The notes beneath the pieces were generated by a model. It was not told where the DNA came from. It did no database searches and was given only the letters and a program-made list of their open reading frames with translations. From the NCBI GenBank assembly GCA_963845755.1, contig CAWJTV010000005.1, positions 576,001 to 640,000 of the forward strand: a stretch of DNA of 64,000 bases, in the 5' to 3' direction. Positions 21,901 to 32,763 of this stretch are shown piece after piece (positions within the stretch are counted from its first letter, which is position 1; each line of letters opens with the position of its first letter). The stretch comes from an uncultured Planctomycetota bacterium (GTDB lineage: Bacteria > Planctomycetota > Planctomycetia > Isosphaerales > Isosphaeraceae). Position numbers and translations under genes: made by a program.

Positions 21901-23691
21901 GAAGCGGATCAATCGTAAGAATTGCGACGTTTGTTGGACTGGCGATCTCTCTCGAGGGACTGGCCGGCTGCGGACCGCCGATTGTGGCGCCCGTCATCGC
22001 CACGCCCGTGGCTCCAATCCGTCCCCCCGCAGTGAACGCCGAGACCCTGCCTAACGTGAGGTTCGTGGACGTCACGAAGGAGGCGGGAATCCACTTCGTA
22101 CACTACAATGGGGCGTTCGGCGAGAAGCTCTTGCCGGAGACCATGGGGGCGGGAGTCGCCTTCCTCGATTACGACCAGGACGGCGACCAGGACCTGTTCT
22201 TCGTGAACTCGTCCGCCTGGCCGAATCACGAGGTCAAGCCCGCCCCGACGCAGGCGCTCTATCGCAACGACGGCAAGGGGCATTTTGAGGACGTCACCCA
22301 GGCAGCCGGCCTGAATAAGACCTTCTACGGGCAGGGAGTTACGGTCGGCGACTACGACAACGATGGCGATCCCGACCTCTATGTCACGGCAATTGGCGGC
22401 GGACATCTCTTTCGCAACGATGGCAAGGGGCATTTCGAGTACGTCACTGAGCAGGCCAACGCCAGGGCCGTCAATGGCTGGCTCACCGGCGCGGCGTTCC
22501 TGGACATCGACAATGACGGTGATCTGGATTTGTTCATTGCCAATTACATCACGTGGACGCCCGAGATCGACAAGCTGCAGGGGTTCCAGCTCACCGGACT
22601 GGGACGGGCCTATGGCCCTCCCACGTCGTTCAGCGGCTCGTTTTGCGTGCTCTTGCGAAACGATGGAGGCCTGTTCACCGACATCAGCGAGTCATCGGGC
22701 GTTCAGGTTCGAACGCCCGACTTAAAGGTACCGGTCGGCAAGTCGCTGGGCGTGGCCCCTTATGACATCGACGGCGACGGACTGGTCAACATCGCCGTGG
22801 CCAACGATACGGTCCAGAATTTCCTGTTCCACAATAAAGGAGGCTGTAAGTTCGAGGAGATCGCTTATGTCTCGGGGGTCGCGTTCGACAAGTCGGGCTC
22901 GCCCCGGGGCGGAATGGGGGCCGACTGGGCGCCGATCCTTAATGATGAGCGCCTGGGACTGGCGATCGGCAACTTTGCAAACGAGATGATCGCGCTCTAT
23001 GTCTGCGACGAGCCGGCGACCCTGGCATTCGCCGACCTGGCCAACCTGTACGGCCTGGGGGCGCCAACGCAACCGCCCCTGAAATTCGGCCTCTTCTTCT
23101 TCGATTACGACCTGGACGGTCGGGCCGATCTGCTCTCGGCCAACGGCCACCTCGAACCCGAGATCTCCAAGGTCCAGGCCAGCGAGACCTATGAACAGCC
23201 GATGCAACTGTTCTGGAACTCGGGCAAGCCCGGCCGCACGCTCTACCTGGAAGTAAAGTCGCAGAATGCCGGTCCCGACCTCTTCAAGCCGATCGTCGGT
23301 CGCGGCAGTGCCTACGCGGACATCGATGGCGACGGCGACCTGGACGTGGTGGTCACCGTCAATAACGGATCGCCGCGGCTCTTCCGCAACGACGGCGGCA
23401 ACAAGAATCATTGGATCCGGTTCAAGCTGATTGGCGATGGCAAGGCGTCCAATCGGGACGCCATCGGCGCGAAAGTCGAGCTTAAGTCTGGCGGAATCAC
23501 TTGCACTCGCCAGCTCTTCCCGGCCAAAAGTTATTTGTCGTCCGTGGAATCGCCGATGACCTTCGGCCTGGGCAAAACCGACCACGTGGATGAGCTAACG
23601 ATCCGATGGCCATCCGGCAAGGTCTCGACACGGACCGACCTCAAGGTCGAACAGGACGCATCGCATCGAGGAAGGCAAGAATGCCCAGTGA
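21897..23691 (+). CDS. CRTAC1-family FG-GAP/ASPIC-UnbV lipoprotein (frameshift near 23650)
   Basis: Lipobox LAGC; repeated DYDxDGDxDL; NRDAIGAKV, SYLSS..FGLG, IRWPSG; removing one A at 23650 gives ...VDRTHRIEEGKNAQ*. Confidence 0.9.
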
Positions 23692-23762
23692 TTTCGCATT
23701 TCTGATCGGTCGTGTCGAGAGTTCATCCCCTGCGAACCCACACGGGAGGCGATGAGGACATC

Positions 23763-24026
23763 ATGGCCGCCAAAGAGAAACTGCACCGAGAGACCCTCAG
23801 GGCCGCGCTCCGAGTGATCCAGACCGCAGAGACCTTGGAGCAGGCGAGAATCCAGTTGGCTCGCATGCTGAACGTCTTCGACAAACTTGAGAAACAGGGC
23901 CTCAAGAGCGACGCCGCGGTCCGTGAGGCCGAGGCTCGTCTGAATATGAGCCCACCACCCAAGACGTCCATCGCCGACCAGCAGCCGATCCGCCGCCGCG
24001 TCCCTGATAAGGACGCTCCGGCCTGA
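23763..24026 (+). CDS. Small helical hypothetical protein (87 aa)
   Basis: GAGG RBS; GC3-rich codons; MAAKEKLHRETLRAALRVIQ. Confidence 0.6.
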   Translation: MAAKEKLHRETLRAALRVIQTAETLEQARIQLARMLNVFDKLEKQGLKSDAAVREAEARLNMSPPPKTSIADQQPIRRRVPDKDAPA

Positions 24027-24521
24027 GTCCACTCGATTCGAGGCATGCCAGCCGGACGCTTAGACCCCACCAAGGGCAAGCTTTCGCGCACCGTAGCGGA
24101 AAAGGGAAGGGAGTGATCGTCTAGGCCCAAACTGGCAGAAGTTTGTCAGGTGCATCTCGAGATCGGACAGACCATCTGGCTCTTTGGTTCAAGCCGAAAT
24201 CAACGAATTTCCCGCGCCTCGGCATTCACCCGTTGGATCGAGACTTTATGAATAATCCGCAAGTCCGGTATTCTCCTGACGATTCGATCGAAAGACGCAG
24301 AAAAGTCGATCAGATGGCCCGGTCGAGCACGATAAGACGTATAGATAGAAGAAGAGCCCGTTGCGGCCGGTGACGGAAGTGCATTCTCGTGCGGTCGATC
24401 AGTGGCTCGTTGCCCTTTGTCAACATCCATTTCCAGGGGGGTTGTCTTCTCGTACGCGCGTGCAATAATTGTTTGATGGTTGCACAACTTCGAGATGATC
24501 TCGACGAACAAGGGGATGGCG

Positions 24522-25892
24522 ATGTTGAACATCCTCGGGCCGAAACGAAAAGGCTATTGTGATGGCGTGACGCGGCGCGACTTCCTGAAGCTCGGGGGGC
24601 TGGCGCTCGGAGGCTTGTCACTGCCGGGTTTGCTGCGTGCCGAGGAGCAGGCGGGAATCCGCCGGTCGCACAAGGCGGTCATCATGATCTTCCTGGCTGG
24701 AGGTCCGCCTCACCAGGACATGTTCGACCTCAAGCCCGATGCGGCCGAGGGCATCCGCGGCGAGTATCGGCCGATCCCGACGAACGTGCCGGGACTGGAA
24801 ATCTGCGAACACATGCCCCGCCTGGCTCGGATCATGGATAAACTTGTGGTGATCCGTTCGATCGTCGGAGCCGGCGGCGACCATTCGGCCGGCCAATGCC
24901 TGACCGGGTACAAGGACCTCGTGAGCAAGATGCAAGGAGGTCGCCCGAGTCTTGGTGCATTGGTCTCGCGGCTCGAGGGGCCGGTCCATCCGGATATTCC
25001 CCCGTTCGTCGGGCTATCGCCGCGGACAGGGGAGCCGAGATGGGGCAATCCTGGCGACCCCGGCTACCTGGGGCTGGCGCACGCGCCATTCACGCCGTTC
25101 CGCACCGAGACTAGACGGGGCAAGGCGGGTCCCGGCGGGGCCGGACTGAGCCTGGATCCCAACGCAATCACCTCGACGCGACTCTCCGTCCGGCGTTCGC
25201 TCCTGGGTCAGCTCGACGGGTTTCGCCGGGCTTTCGACCACGACGATGCCGTCCGGGGACTCGACAGCTTCACTCAGAGAGCCTTCGAAGTTCTGGCTTC
25301 GCGAAAGGTCTATGATGCGCTCGACACGACCAAGGAAGATCAACGAGTCCGTACTCGATATGGCGTCGGGGATATGACCAACGAGCAGGACGGTCCGCCC
25401 TGTTGCATGGACCACTTCCTCATGGCTCGGCGATTGGTCGAGGCGGGTGCTCGCGTCGTGACGATCTCATTCGGTCGCTGGGACACGCACAGCAACAATT
25501 TCAAGACCAATCGCGTGCGCATCCCCAAGCTCGACATGGCCCTATCGGCCCTGGTCGAAGACCTCCACGACCGCGGTCTGGATAAGGACGTCTCGGTCGT
25601 CGTCTGGGGCGAGTTCGGCCGCACGCCGACGATCAACAATCGCGCGGGCCGAGATCACTGGCCCCCGGTCAATTTCGCCCTGCTGGCCGGCGGCGGGATG
25701 CGGACCGGCCAGGTCATCGGCTCGACGGACAAGGAAGCCGCCTACGTCAAGGACCGGCCCGTTTCCTTCCAGAATGTGTTCGCGACGCTGTACCATAACC
25801 TCGGCATCGACCCCGAGACCACCGTCTCCGATCGCGGAGGGCGCCCGATGACGCTTCTCGACCACCGTGAGCCGATCCGGGAAATCGTCTGA
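24522..25892 (+). CDS. DUF1501 domain protein
   Basis: CDGVTRRDFL, GGPPHQDMFDLKP, ARRLVEAG, WDTH, GEFGRTP, GRDHW. Confidence 0.93.
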   Translation: MLNILGPKRKGYCDGVTRRDFLKLGGLALGGLSLPGLLRAEEQAGIRRSHKAVIMIFLAGGPPHQDMFDLKPDAAEGIRGEYRPIPTNVPGLEICEHMPRLARIMDKLVVIRSIVGAGGDHSAGQCLTGYKDLVSKMQGGRPSLGALVSRLEGPVHPDIPPFVGLSPRTGEPRWGNPGDPGYLGLAHAPFTPFRTETRRGKAGPGGAGLSLDPNAITSTRLSVRRSLLGQLDGFRRAFDHDDAVRGLDSFTQRAFEVLASRKVYDALDTTKEDQRVRTRYGVGDMTNEQDGPPCCMDHFLMARRLVEAGARVVTISFGRWDTHSNNFKTNRVRIPKLDMALSALVEDLHDRGLDKDVSVVVWGEFGRTPTINNRAGRDHWPPVNFALLAGGGMRTGQVIGSTDKEAAYVKDRPVSFQNVFATLYHNLGIDPETTVSDRGGRPMTLLDHREPIREIV

Positions 25893-25955
25893 ACCCAGAG
25901 ATGGCACGAACCGAGCGGGGATGGCATTCTTGACCGTAAGCCCCGGGAGTCGCGG

Positions 25956-26627
25956 ATGGGCCATCAAGAACTACTCATGCGACTGAGTACCGCAGCCTTG
26001 CTGGGAAGCTTGATCGGCCTGGAACGCCAGCGCCTGGATAAGTCGGCGGGACTACGGACGCACATGCTCGTGAGCGTCGGATCGGCGCTCGTGATGATCG
26101 TCTCGACGTATGGTTTCGGCGCCGTCCTGGCGCCGGGGAGAGTGGTCCTGGATCCCTCGCGGGTCGCGGCCCAGGTGGTCAGCGGGATCGGATTCCTCGG
26201 CGCCGGCGCCATCCTGAGGAAGAACGAGACGGTGCACGGCCTGACCACGGCGGCCAGCATCTGGACGGTCGCGGGAGTTGGCCTGGCGGCCGGAGGGGGC
26301 CTCTACCTGGCCGCGGCATCGGCGACCGGCCTCATCCTCCTCATCCTCGCGGCCATCAAGCCCCTCGAGGATCGTCTCCTCGGCCACGATCGAAAGCGGA
26401 TCCTCACCATCATCGCCAGCGATCGGATCACCATGGCCGAACTCGAGACGTGCGCCCGGACGAACGGAGTCGACCTGCTCGGGATTCGTCTCCGGCGCGT
26501 CAAGAAGTCCGATATTCGTCAGATTGAGATCGCATGTACGCATGTTAATGAACCGGATATGGCACGACTCTTCGACGCGATCCAGAGCGTCGAGGGCGTG
26601 CATCAGGTCCGTCTCGGCTACGACTGA
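25956..26627 (+). CDS. MgtC/SapB family membrane protein
   Basis: IGLERQ, AGLRTH, DPSRVAAQVVSGIGFLGAG, GLTTAASIW. Confidence 0.93.
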   Translation: MGHQELLMRLSTAALLGSLIGLERQRLDKSAGLRTHMLVSVGSALVMIVSTYGFGAVLAPGRVVLDPSRVAAQVVSGIGFLGAGAILRKNETVHGLTTAASIWTVAGVGLAAGGGLYLAAASATGLILLILAAIKPLEDRLLGHDRKRILTIIASDRITMAELETCARTNGVDLLGIRLRRVKKSDIRQIEIACTHVNEPDMARLFDAIQSVEGVHQVRLGYD

Positions 26628-26695
26628 CGCACCATCCGAAGGCGGCATTCCAGAGCCGTTCGCGGTGGTCCCACCTGTTCTCTAGAGAAAGGTCC

Positions 26696-26727
26696 TCGAG
26701 TGCACCACGCAAGGGTGGCGCACTCGA
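26696..26727. other. GC-rich stem-loop between convergent genes
   Basis: TCGAGTGC-a-CCAC...GTGG-c-GCACTCGA inverted repeat, no U-tract. Confidence 0.5.
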
Positions 26728-26829
26728 CATGCCTGCGCCGCGGCACGCGCAGCCCCTTGGTGGAGCGCTCTCGAGCGGAATCCGGCAATGCGAAATCGGG
26801 ATCGCCGTTCGATGGCGGCCGGAGCCACC

Positions 26830-28305
26830 TCAGGTTGAGGAGCCCGGCGTACCGGGTCGTGCGGCCGTACCTCCGGCGGGTCTTGACGCGGGCTGGTATC
26901 GCCGAATGCCCATCTCCTCGAGCGGACTGAGCCGATGACACGGCTTCCCGGCGCGGTATCGTTCGAGGCAAGACTGGTAATATCGCTTCACGGAATCCTG
27001 GCTTGAACCGAGCTCGATGGCCTTCTGCTGCCAACGTACCGCGCCGGAGAAGTCCGCACATTCCGCATAGGCCGCGGCCAGGGCGGCCAGCGGACGCGCC
27101 TCCTTCCATTGCGTCAATTCGCAGGCCCGAGTCGCGGATGTCACGGCCTTCGGCCCGTCCCGCAGTTTCTCATCCGGGCACGTGGCGAGCATCCAGGCGC
27201 GTTCCAGATGGGCGTCCTTATCGTTGGGCGTGATCCGCAGCGCCGTCTCCACGTCGGCCAGGGCCTGATTCCAGTCGCCCATCTGAGAATGAACGGCACC
27301 GCGATTCCGGAGATACTCCGTCTGTGCCGGGTCGATTCGGATCGCGTTGTTCAGATCCTCCAGTGCCATTTTGGGTTCGCCCATGGCGAGATAAGCGGTG
27401 GCTCGCCCGCCATAGGCCGGCCCTTTCTCCGGATCGATCTCGAGGGCCTTCTTGAAGCTCGACACCGCATCGATGAGTCGAGATCGCATCAACTGAATCG
27501 AGCCTATCGCGATATAGGCATCCGCGTTCTTGGGGTTGACCTTCAGGGCGCTATTGAACTCGGCCTCGGCCTCGGCCAGTTCCTTTTGCTTCAAGAGAAT
27601 CATGCCCTTGGAAATGGGAACGTAAACCGATCGGGACCCCAGCTCGGCCGCGCGCTCGAAATCGTTGAGGGCCTGCCGGTACTCCTTCAAGCAATAGCGG
27701 AAGACTCCGCGTTCCACGAATGCTTCGCTCGAGCGCGGGTCGGTCTGGATCGCCTTGTTGACGTCCGCGAGGGCCAGATCCATTCGGTTCCGAAGTTGCC
27801 ACAGGAACGCGCGTTCGATCCAGGCTGAGACGTTGCGCGGATCCAGCCGGATGGCCTGATCCAGATCGGCGAAGGCTTGGGTCAGGCGGTCATTATCCTG
27901 ACAAACGATGGCCCTCATGAGATACGCGAAGGAATTCGCCGGCTCGAGATCGATCCGCGTCGTGAAGTAACCTTCCGCCAGATTGTATTCGATCACGGCG
28001 TCACGTGGAACCCATCCGAGCATGCCCTGGCTTGCCAGGGAGATCAGGAAGAAGTCTCCTTCCGCGCGCTCGATCCGATAGACGAAACCGGCTCGGCACG
28101 GAACCAACGTGGCAGTCCCGTTCCTGAGAAAGAAGTTCGGAGTCCTCTGCACCACGTCTCGGGGATGGACCAGTAGGTTCTTGGACTTCGGCCGGGCCCG
28201 GTAGGTGACCTTGATCTCGTCGATGGGCTCCGAAGCGCGAAGGGGCACGCAGTGCGCGAGGCCGACGACCACGGCCATGAACCAGAACCGGGAACAGGAT
28301 CGCAT
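26830..28305 (-). CDS. Secreted TPR-repeat protein with N-terminal SH3-like segment
   Basis: Signal peptide; GWVPRDAV; many AxADxxxAIRxDP repeats; AWMLATCPDEKLRDG...LAAAYAE. Confidence 0.9.
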   Translation of the reverse strand: MRSCSRFWFMAVVVGLAHCVPLRASEPIDEIKVTYRARPKSKNLLVHPRDVVQRTPNFFLRNGTATLVPCRAGFVYRIERAEGDFFLISLASQGMLGWVPRDAVIEYNLAEGYFTTRIDLEPANSFAYLMRAIVCQDNDRLTQAFADLDQAIRLDPRNVSAWIERAFLWQLRNRMDLALADVNKAIQTDPRSSEAFVERGVFRYCLKEYRQALNDFERAAELGSRSVYVPISKGMILLKQKELAEAEAEFNSALKVNPKNADAYIAIGSIQLMRSRLIDAVSSFKKALEIDPEKGPAYGGRATAYLAMGEPKMALEDLNNAIRIDPAQTEYLRNRGAVHSQMGDWNQALADVETALRITPNDKDAHLERAWMLATCPDEKLRDGPKAVTSATRACELTQWKEARPLAALAAAYAECADFSGAVRWQQKAIELGSSQDSVKRYYQSCLERYRAGKPCHRLSPLEEMGIRRYQPASRPAGGTAARPGTPGSST

Positions 28306-28386
28306 CTCGTGACTCCTTTTCCGAAAAAGGCGGGCCGCAGGATCGACGGCCGCACGAGGCCCTTCCAACCCAAGTCATCCGGGTGT

Positions 28387-28805
28387 TCATTCGGTCGATA
28401 AACTCATCGGGAGATGAGTCTTCCATCCCATCTCTTCGCGCGGATTCGGCGAATGGTACGGTTTCTTCGCGGGTAGCGGGATAAGTCTCGTGCGATCTGC
28501 GCACGCTCGGGGCATTCTCCGCGAGGAGCGAGAGAGCTCGCTCCTGCCACTGGATGGCGGCTACGAAATCCTCGGTCTGGGATGTCCCAGCCTTGGGGCA
28601 GGATCTTTTCCTTGGCATCCCACAGCGCGAAATCCGGCGTCATCTGGACCACGACCGACCCGGGCTTGAGATCGCTCGCCCGTCGTGCCGGTACTATGAG
28701 TTCGAGATGGTCTCCCTCGCCGGCTGGTAGTGCCCGGACACCCTCCGCGAGGAGAACGACCGCGCGCACGAATGCGACGAGACGCATTCTGGAGATCGAT
28801 ACCAT
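28387..28805 (-). pseudogene. Internally deleted, frameshifted paralog of the adjacent TPR gene
   Basis: VVQMTPDFAL resembles VVQRTPNFFL; other frames give EDFVAAIQWQERALSL and AKKPYHSPNPREEMG, resembling ADFSGAVRWQQKAIEL and AGKPCHRLSPLEEMG. Confidence 0.7.
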
Positions 28806-28955
28806 GTCCGGAATCCTTTCCGGGGAATCGGATCCATCGACTTGCCGGTCAATATCGCGAGGAAGGTCGGATTGGGCAAGGTGAAAATCTTCGGGGCCCT
28901 CGGCGGATTGTTACGAGGCACCGCTACGGGCGCCGAGTACTTCAGTCTCCCAACG

Positions 28956-30293
28956 TCAGAGTAGCTCCGCTGCCGAGAGGGGATCGTCGAGGATCTCATC
29001 AACCGGCGGCTTCCCGGCGAGAATTCGGCTCTCGGGTTTCGCCGGACGGACGAGACCAGCCAACCAGAGACTGAGGAGCGTCGCGGCGACGGCGATCATG
29101 CCGACCTTGTCGAAATTCTCGAGCGTCCCATCGGGGGCCTTCACGAGTATGATTCCTCCGAGTGCCGAGCCCAGACCCGTGGACAGATGTTGCATGGCCG
29201 AGTTCGCACTCATGAACCCACCTCTGCGCCGCGCCTCGACGCTGCCGGTGACCATCGCCATCGCTGCGACCATCCGCCCGGCGTTGCTGAGCATCAGGAG
29301 TCCGACCACAGCCACGGCAACGAACATGGAAACGTGTGGCAGGTTCGTCACGACGATCATCAAGAGGGCGGAGATGATCGCCACGACGCGATAGACCCGC
29401 AACTTGCCATAGTGATCGGCCAGCCGGCCGATGACCGGCGCCCCCACGAGGGTCAAGATACCGCCGGTGACATACACCCACGGCAGGTTCTTCTCCGGCA
29501 CGACGTCGTTCGCGACCAGGTAGGCGGCGATATAAGGGATCACGGCGAAACCTCCCAGCATCAGCGTCACGATCAAGGCGAACGCCCTCAGATGGTTGGG
29601 GTGGCTGAACGTCTCGCGGATCTGGCGCAGCGGGTGGACATGAGGACCATGGTGAAGGTGATCGCGCAGGGGTGGCAGGACACGGAGTCCGGCGAGCAAG
29701 ACCGGAAGTCCCAATGCGGCGAGGATCACGAAGGGGACGTTCCAGCCATACGACGTACCCAGGTAGAGCCCGATCGGCACTCCGACCACCGAGGCGATGG
29801 CGAACGCCGACATCAAGATGCCCGTCGCCCTTCCCCGGCGTTCCTCCGGGAAGACGTCACCGATGATTGCCAGGGACATCCCGCCCAGAATGCCGCCGAA
29901 CGCGCCCGTGAGCACCCGCGCCGCCAGGAGCGCGGGATACGTGCTGACGAGTCCGCACAACAGGGTCCCGACCAGGAAGCCCGTATAAAGCGTCAAGAAT
30001 GCAGACTTGCGGCTGAACCGATCGAGGAACGAAGAGGCCAGGAACCCGGCGATGCCGGCACTGATTGTGTACGAGGAAACGATCAGGCCGAACTGGGCTG
30101 GCTTGATGCCCAGCGTTCGCATCAACTGCGGACCTAGCGGCATCACCACCATGAAATCGACGATGCTGGTGAACTGAACCGAGGCGAGCATGAGCAGCAC
30201 GATCACCTCGCCGCGCCGGCCGATGGGCGCGGTCTTGGGTTCCGACGGGGGATGGTACGCTGAATCGAGGTTGCTGTCCCAGAGATCGTCCAT
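28956..30293 (-). CDS. MFS transporter
   Basis: About 12 TM helices; LDRFSRK, GRLADHYGK, DVFPEERRGRATG. Confidence 0.92.
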   Translation of the reverse strand: MDDLWDSNLDSAYHPPSEPKTAPIGRRGEVIVLLMLASVQFTSIVDFMVVMPLGPQLMRTLGIKPAQFGLIVSSYTISAGIAGFLASSFLDRFSRKSAFLTLYTGFLVGTLLCGLVSTYPALLAARVLTGAFGGILGGMSLAIIGDVFPEERRGRATGILMSAFAIASVVGVPIGLYLGTSYGWNVPFVILAALGLPVLLAGLRVLPPLRDHLHHGPHVHPLRQIRETFSHPNHLRAFALIVTLMLGGFAVIPYIAAYLVANDVVPEKNLPWVYVTGGILTLVGAPVIGRLADHYGKLRVYRVVAIISALLMIVVTNLPHVSMFVAVAVVGLLMLSNAGRMVAAMAMVTGSVEARRRGGFMSANSAMQHLSTGLGSALGGIILVKAPDGTLENFDKVGMIAVAATLLSLWLAGLVRPAKPESRILAGKPPVDEILDDPLSAAELL

Positions 30294-30779
30294 GGATTTC
30301 CTTTATTCAAACTCGGAGGAATTAGCCGACTTTCTCACCCATTTTATGCGTTTGGGCAACTACGGCATTCTCGGTCGCCGGAGGGACTTGTCTCCGACAA
30401 ATGCCGTTCCTGATCGGAGAATCCGTCGGTGTACTGGCTGTCCTGCGTCAGGGGTATGTTATAATTCGTGGTGAACGGGGAGCCCCACTCGGCCGCTCCC
30501 GGTTTCGGACCGGCGAGAGCAGACTCGATCGAGCCTGTGATTCGTCGAGCCCGCTTTGAATGGATGTAGCTACCTGGAATAGCAACGACGGAGCGGCGCG
30601 CGAGATTTTTTGTGGTCGCAACCATGAGCCAGCCTCTCCGGATACACGACAGACGCCCGATTCCCTCGACCTGAGCGGGGATCGCCTCGTCTCGACCCAC
30701 GTAACGATCCGGATTCAGCTCAGCCGGCACCGCGACGACAGACTATCACGCGACGCTCCGAAGCGGGAGGAAGTCGTCC

Positions 30780-32472
30780 ATGCGTCGGCTGCTGTCATCC
30801 GGCTTGGCGTTCATCTTCCTGGCCTGGACGAGCGGATCGTCCGGAGTTGCGGCATGGCGCGAGCCGCCCACGACTCCCCCCGCCGACTCGCCCTCATCCA
30901 CAACGCCGGCTCCAAACGATGCCCCGGCACTCCAGCTCGAACGCGGCCTTGACAAGGAGCGGTCCCGGAACTGGTCCGGGGCCATGGAGATCTACCGCGG
31001 CGCCCTCGAGCAATGGCCCAGTCGCGTCGAATTCAGCCGCCGCCTCAGGCTATGCGAGATCCACTTCAAACTGATACGCCGATACGCGGATACCAGCTTT
31101 CGACATGTCCTGCTCCCTCTACCCCAGGAACAAGCGACTACGCTCTACGACGAGGTGCTCGAGCGTATCGAGAATCACTATGTCGAACTCGGTGCCATTT
31201 GAGCCGTTGGTTCGTCACGGGCTGGACAACCTCGAGGTGGCACTCCGAGATCCGGTCTTCCTGAAGGCGAACGCTCCGGATGCCGCGGCGGAGCGTGTGA
31301 ACCGGCTTCGTGAGATCCTCCGCCAGTATCGGGCGAATCTCGTCGTGCCGGACCGGACCGCCGCAGTCCGCATGGCCCAGACATGCGGTGAACTGGGTCG
31401 CCAGGCGATCGGTCTGGCGTCCACGGCCGTCCTGCTGGAATTCACCTACGGCGCCTGCGACGCGCTCGACGACTTCACCAGCTATCTGACGCCCGACAAG
31501 CTCGAAGACCTCTACGCCATGATCGACGGTAACTTCGTGGGACTGGGGATCGAACTCAAACTTGACAAGGAGGGTCTGCGAATCATCGGGGTGATCCGGG
31601 GCGGACCGGCGTGGGAGGCCGGCATAAAACCGGGCGATCAGATCGTCAAAGTCGGCAGTACGTCCCTCAAAGGACTGGCACTCGATGAGGCCGCCAACCG
31701 GCTTCAGGGTACGGAGGGGAGCACTGTCGAACTGGGCGTCCGGAGACGCGACGGGCGCCTTCAAGTCTATCGACTGGTCCGCCGCCATGTGGAAGTCGAG
31801 AGCGTTGCCAATGCCAAGATCGTTGACCCCGGCGCAAAGATCGGCTACCTCCGACTGTCGGGGTTCCAGAAGACCTCGGTGGAGGAACTGGATCGGGCCG
31901 TCGCCGCGCTTAACCAGCAGGGGATGAGAATCCTGGTGCTGGATCTCCGAGGCAATCCCGGTGGACTTCTCAACGTCGCCGTCGACATGGCTGGCCGGTT
32001 CGTCGACTCGGGTTTGATCGTATCCACTCGAGGGCGCGCCGACGGCCAGACCCAGATGCTGACCGCCAGTGGACAGTCCCGCTGGCGGATGCCGCTCTAT
32101 ATCCTCGTGGATCACGACAGTGCCAGCGCCAGTGAGATCCTCGCCGGTGCGATGCAGGATCACCAACGAGCGACCATTGTCGGCTCGCGAACCTACGGCA
32201 AGGGTTCTGTCCAGAGCATCTTCTCGCTACGATCCGCCCCCGCCGGACTCAAACTCACAACTGCCAAGTTCTACTCTCCCAAGAATCGCCCTTATAGCGA
32301 GCAAGGGGTCCAGCCGGACATCCCGATCGTCACGCGCACGGCGGCCAAGCCGGTCGACGATGCCGCTCTCTTGCGAGAAGAGGCGGATCGCGGCGACCCT
32401 GCCCTCGATCCCGTGCTCGCCGCGGCGATCCGCACGGCCCTGGATCGTGATCATCCGGAAGACAAACGATGA
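30780..32472 (+). CDS. S41 C-terminal processing peptidase, CtpA-like (frameshift near 31186)
   Basis: Signal peptide; FVGLGIE, PDZ, DLRGNPGG, ASASEI, TYGKGSVQ, LTTAKFYSP. Confidence 0.9.
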
Positions 32473-32763
32473 AGTCGTTTCATCGTAAGTCGATCGGAGG
32501 TAATGAGCCCCGGGCCCTCCCGACGACTCTCCGAACGGCCTAAGACCGTGCCAGCCGTGACTCGTGAAGGGTGCGGCGTCGATTCCCATGATCGCTTGTG
32601 GTACGATCCGGCGTGCATGACTTGGTGCCACTTGGGATGATCGAGCAAACGACCTCCACTGACGATTGGTGCTGCGCGATGGTCAAAGGCTGGCCATCGG
32701 CACCTCCCCCAATCGTCACGAAGCTCGGCAATCGTTGATGCTGACATCGAGATTGGACGATCG

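Noticed and set aside
21897..23691. Enediyne biosynthesis implied by the UnbV domain
   Set aside because: No PKS or other enediyne genes; ASPIC-UnbV proteins are common in planctomycetes
24060..24200. Possible glycine, SAM or c-di-GMP riboswitch upstream of DUF1501
   Set aside because: Only scattered short matches (GGCAA, TCAGG, GACAGA); conserved cores could not be assembled. An Rfam search would settle it
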